Below, piece by piece: positions 62,978-64,000 of a stretch of DNA of 64,000 nt. How positions within the stretch are numbered: position 1 is the first letter of the stretch; every line of letters starts with the position of its first letter. The notes beneath the pieces are model-generated. The model was not told the DNA's origin, did not search any database, and saw only the letters and a program-made list of their open reading frames with translations. The DNA comes from Epithemia pelagica (lineage: Eukaryota; Protista; Bacillariophyta): positions 5,890,001 through 5,954,000 of the forward strand of contig OX337229.1 in the NCBI GenBank assembly GCA_946965045.2, in the 5' to 3' direction. Both the position numbers and the translations under genes were made by a program.

Positions 62978-63416
62978 TAATAATAGAAACCAACAACAAC
63001 AGAACAGTAGTAGTACTACCGAATATAGGGTTTGTAGCAACCCAAGGACGACTCTCCCAACACGACAGGTCGACCCGGATGGGAGGATGATGAAGAATCC
63101 TCTTCTCCCAAGAAAGAATGCTGGGCTATTTCGAAGAATGTAATATGGTCCTCCCCGCCGCCAAGAGGTCGAACCTCTCCAATTGCAATAAGTACAACCA
63201 AGAAAACGGACTGTCGGTCTCGGAGATGGGCATGTCCCGCCGTAAAAAAAACTAGGATGGAGAGTCCTTTTGCACAACAACAACAAGCCAAAGCAAGCTA
63301 CTCACTCTCCTAATAGAGCCCTAGGGGGCTATCTACACATTAGTAGAGAGGTATAGCTCCAAGGGGTGTCAGAGACGCGACCGGGGTTCTTGACGCGCGA
63401 CCGATAGAAAGCGGTA

Positions 63417-63659
63417 CTCCTCCGTGCTACATGGGACTATCATTTTGTATCCCCCAGCGGGGGTGTTTTTGAGGGATACACGAAATTACACCCTCAAAGC
63501 CACCCCCGCTGGGGGTAATCATTTTGTTTCTATGGAGGACTACCCCCGCAGGGATGAGTGGGTAGTCGCACATGTGTCGAGTATTCTGGACGAATTGTGC
63601 AAAATACACGATTGATGCGCGACCACACATTTTACTCCCGCTAGAGGGTAATGGAGGAC
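63417..63659. mobile_element. Hairpin-rich element, possibly a Stowaway/mariner-like MITE
   Basis: TA-CTCCTCCGT...ATGGAGGAC-TA ends (imperfect), with an internal 15-bp perfect stem CCCCCAGCGGGGGTG/CACCCCCGCTGGGGG. Confidence 0.45.
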
Positions 63660-63740
63660 TAATATCATGTTGAGCCAATGCTTAGTATTGTAGTATTCTC
63701 CGTGTTGTCGACGTCAGCCAGTCCAGTCAGCAGTTCCCTG

Positions 63741-63927
63741 TCATGCTATGTCATCTAGTGTGCTTTCTGCTTCCTCAACTTCCTCCCCGTCATCTTGTAG
63801 GTCGGTCTGCAATTCTTTCGACGATTGGCGTTTTTTCCCAGTCATTCCCAAGAAGAAGGTGGGAAGGCAAGTGTCATCATCATTGGACTCTTCTGGTTGA
63901 TTGCCCATCCCCGCATCCTCGCTCTTG
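63741..63927 (-). CDS. Probable last exon of a gene starting beyond the window
   Basis: After a tttttccag acceptor the frame reads KSEDAGMGNQPEESNDDDTCLPTFFLGMTGKKRQ...TLDDIA*. Confidence 0.4.
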
Positions 63928-64000
63928 CTGGAAAAAGACTCTCTCTGACATTAGGCTGTCGACGAGATCCGAACAACATCTACTACCGCCTCTATCATTA

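Noticed and set aside
63016-63291. 91-aa minus-strand ORF beginning MACCCC
   Set aside because: It starts at a non-ATG codon in a TTG microsatellite, lies in the likely 3' UTR of the protease gene and has no motif.

Overview
Gene-dense eukaryotic genomic DNA, most likely from a pennate diatom. This is an inference from short GT-AG introns, bipartite signal peptide plus 'AF' plastid presequences, abundant AAC/GAC/AAG microsatellites, and helicase-associated repeat and 'SVRF' low-complexity proteins. About 28 protein-coding genes, one tRNA-Thr(AGT), several pseudogene fragments and 2-3 MITE-like elements can be supported. The top candidate for a new system is an intronless 1246-aa protein (21040-24780, minus). 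It fuses an indoleamine 2,3-dioxygenase-type heme domain, an FNR-type FAD/NAD(P)H reductase and a cytochrome b5 domain behind a predicted N-myristoyl/palmitoyl anchor, so it may be a self-reducing, membrane-tethered heme dioxygenase. Other notable items: (1) a p400/SWR1-like HSA-Snf2-SANT protein with a degenerate ATPase; (2) a rearranged duplication hotspot (28.2-33.8 kb, plus copies at 17.9 kb and 57 kb) where LSm10, a FAD monooxygenase, NmrA and a Zn2Cys6 factor were duplicated and reciprocally lost; (3) a 1.8-kb insert there encoding an HExxH zincin-like protein; (4) a Vps62-like/PLP-M6-like fusion; (5) a RING-H2 split by long low-complexity loops, which the ORF track missed; (6) two convergent genes whose stop codons overlap in one CTAG. 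All family assignments come from motifs recognised by eye, not from database searches.
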